From Candidatus Hodarchaeota archaeon (GTDB lineage: Archaea; Asgardarchaeota; Heimdallarchaeia; Hodarchaeales; Hodarchaeaceae): DNA of 10,632 nucleotides. The DNA is taken from contig JAEOTC010000098.1 of NCBI GenBank assembly GCA_016840035.1, positions 1 through 10,632 of the forward strand. Direction: 5' to 3'. The position numbers and the translations under genes are program-made. Below the pieces are notes generated by a model. The model was not told the DNA's origin and did no database searches. It saw only the letters and a list, made by a program, of their open reading frames with translations. Shown here piece by piece: positions 9,076-10,632 of this stretch (position 1 is its first letter; every line of letters starts with the position of its first letter).

Positions 9076-9176
9076 ATATGAATTACATACTTGTCAAATC
9101 ACGTATAAGATTGTAAGAGAGAGAGAACTCTGAAAATGAGATTGTAAATGTCCTGATAACTGCTAGTAGAAGTTCA

Positions 9177-9998
9177 TTATTGGGGAAGCGATTCTAAAAA
9201 GAAATTAGTTACAGTTAGTTGCCCCTGGTAAAAGTTCGCATTTTCCGTTAAAAAATTCTGAAAGTTTTTGATACTCTTAAGATCGTGATTGAACGAGATA
9301 TCATTATACCCAATATTTTCGAGAATCAATCCTTCTGGAGGAGCACAGGGGGGTTTAGGCCCACTATACTGGTCCTCAAAGAGAGATTCGGTGGTAGATA
9401 CGGGTAGATCAGTGGTAGCAACTTCAATTAAATGGCCAATAATTCGTCGAACTTGCTGCCATAGAAACGATTGAGAGGAGATACGTAATTGTAGAATATT
9501 TTCAGACTGTTTTAAGATTGAGGTTTCAACAACAGTTTTAATAGGATTTTTGGGTTTCTTAGAATCGGTTTTAGCAAAGTTCTGAAAATTATGTGTTCCC
9601 TGAATCAAATTGAAAGATGTTTCCAATTTTTCGAGGTCAAACTTATCAGAAATGACTAAGAAATATGAGTAAGTTCGAAGAAAAGCATTTTTCCTAGGAT
9701 GAAAATCGTCTGCAACAATCGTTTGGCCTAATACCCGAATTCCAGTAGGTAAGTATGAATTAATTTCTGGAATGATAGGACTGTGACCAGAATCTAAAGA
9801 GATAACCTGATATAATGCGCCAACACCACGATCAGTTCTACTTGCAAATGTAACATTATCCTTTGATTGGAGGAGCCTTGATTGAGTTAAAGCTTTGCAT
9901 ACTAATGTAAAAATATTCGTTGTATCGTGAAGCTGGTGATTAAAGCCACTGTAGTTAACATCTGGAATATACCCAATTTTTAATGCATACTGGGGCAT
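9177..9998 (-). CDS. truA: tRNA pseudouridine(38-40) synthase TruA, archaeal type
   Basis: ALKIGY..YSGF, ASRTDRGV (catalytic Asp), RTYSYF, GTHNFQNF, SFLWQQVRRI, APPEGLIL. Tandem TAA TGA stop. Confidence 0.93.
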   Translation of the reverse strand: MPQYALKIGYIPDVNYSGFNHQLHDTTNIFTLVCKALTQSRLLQSKDNVTFASRTDRGVGALYQVISLDSGHSPIIPEINSYLPTGIRVLGQTIVADDFHPRKNAFLRTYSYFLVISDKFDLEKLETSFNLIQGTHNFQNFAKTDSKKPKNPIKTVVETSILKQSENILQLRISSQSFLWQQVRRIIGHLIEVATTDLPVSTTESLFEDQYSGPKPPCAPPEGLILENIGYNDISFNHDLKSIKNFQNFLTENANFYQGQLTVTNFFLESLPQ

Positions 9999-10000
9999 CC

Positions 10001-10632
10001 TTACTCCTCGAGCAGAATGTTTTGTTGGTTCATAATTGTAGTGATTTGTTTCTGATTCGTTTTAAAGAAATCTACAAGAAGAGTATGAACTCTTGAGGGA
10101 TCATTCATTGTTACTAGATTGAATGCATAATTAGGAAAATTTTCTTTATAAAACTCTTCTAATTGACTTTTCTCATCCTCAGTTAGTAAATCGGCCTTAC
10201 CAAATAATAAAAGTAGTGGAACCTCGGAAAATTCGCTGCAGATTTGATTAAAGAGGTTAATTTGGGCATCAATTGCTTCTTGTTGAGTAAAGTCAAAAAT
10301 GAATACAATAGCAGCAGCTAACGTTTTCAATGCTGCCAAAGCACGCAATTCGATTTCATTACGTTCATTGAGGGGACGATCAAGAATCCCAGGAGTATCA
10401 ACAATCTGACATGGAACATGAGTTAACGGTTTAGAGTGAGAAGAAGAAGCGAATACAGGAATTTCTAAATGACCTACAGTTGCATCTTTAGTAGTAAAAG
10501 GATATGCACCAATTTCAGGAGTTGCTGATGTTACTCCATTCACTAGAGAACTTTTTCCGACATTAGGGTATCCCGCTATACAGAAAGTTGGTTGTTCAAA
10601 ATCTATTCCAGGCATTAATCGCATTTCTCTTC
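10001..10632 (-). CDS. NOG1 family (OBG superfamily) GTPase, 5'-truncated by window edge
   Basis: G1 GYPNVGKS, G2 YPFTTK, G3 DTPGILDRPLNERNEIE. The frame is open to the window end. The stop is 2 nt before the truA ATG. Confidence 0.92.
   Translation of the reverse strand, partial: REMRLMPGIDFEQPTFCIAGYPNVGKSSLVNGVTSATPEIGAYPFTTKDATVGHLEIPVFASSSHSKPLTHVPCQIVDTPGILDRPLNERNEIELRALAALKTLAAAIVFIFDFTQQEAIDAQINLFNQICSEFSEVPLLLLFGKADLLTEDEKSQLEEFYKENFPNYAFNLVTMNDPSRVHTLLVDFFKTNQKQITTIMNQQNILLEE

Noticed and set aside
9289-9474. 61-aa plus-strand ORF
   Set aside because: Antisense shadow of truA.

Overview
AT-rich archaeal chromosomal window. It is probably Asgard/Heimdallarchaeia-like, an inference from gene content (archaeal TruA and NOG1, A/V-ATPase A with a GGFGTGKT P-loop, CdvA-like and SWS1-like proteins, frequent TTG starts) and not from a database result. 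Order: (+) HD hydrolase, DHH/DHHA1 phosphoesterase; (-) CdvA-like coiled-coil protein coupled to a SWS1/ZSWIM7-like SWIM zinc finger; a ~350-bp divergent intergenic region with a repeated ATTGTG motif and a perfect 12-bp inverted repeat; (+) a lone A/V-ATPase subunit A followed closely by psd, pssA and ahcY; (-) NOG1 GTPase (5'-truncated), truA, and a free-standing 542-aa protein with five tandem HTH modules fused to an apparently intact I-SceI-type LAGLIDADG nuclease. The HTH-array LAGLIDADG gene, the CdvA-like/SWS1-like pair and the atpA-phospholipid-ahcY cluster are the best candidates for undescribed biology. No rRNA, tRNA or CRISPR array was recognised.
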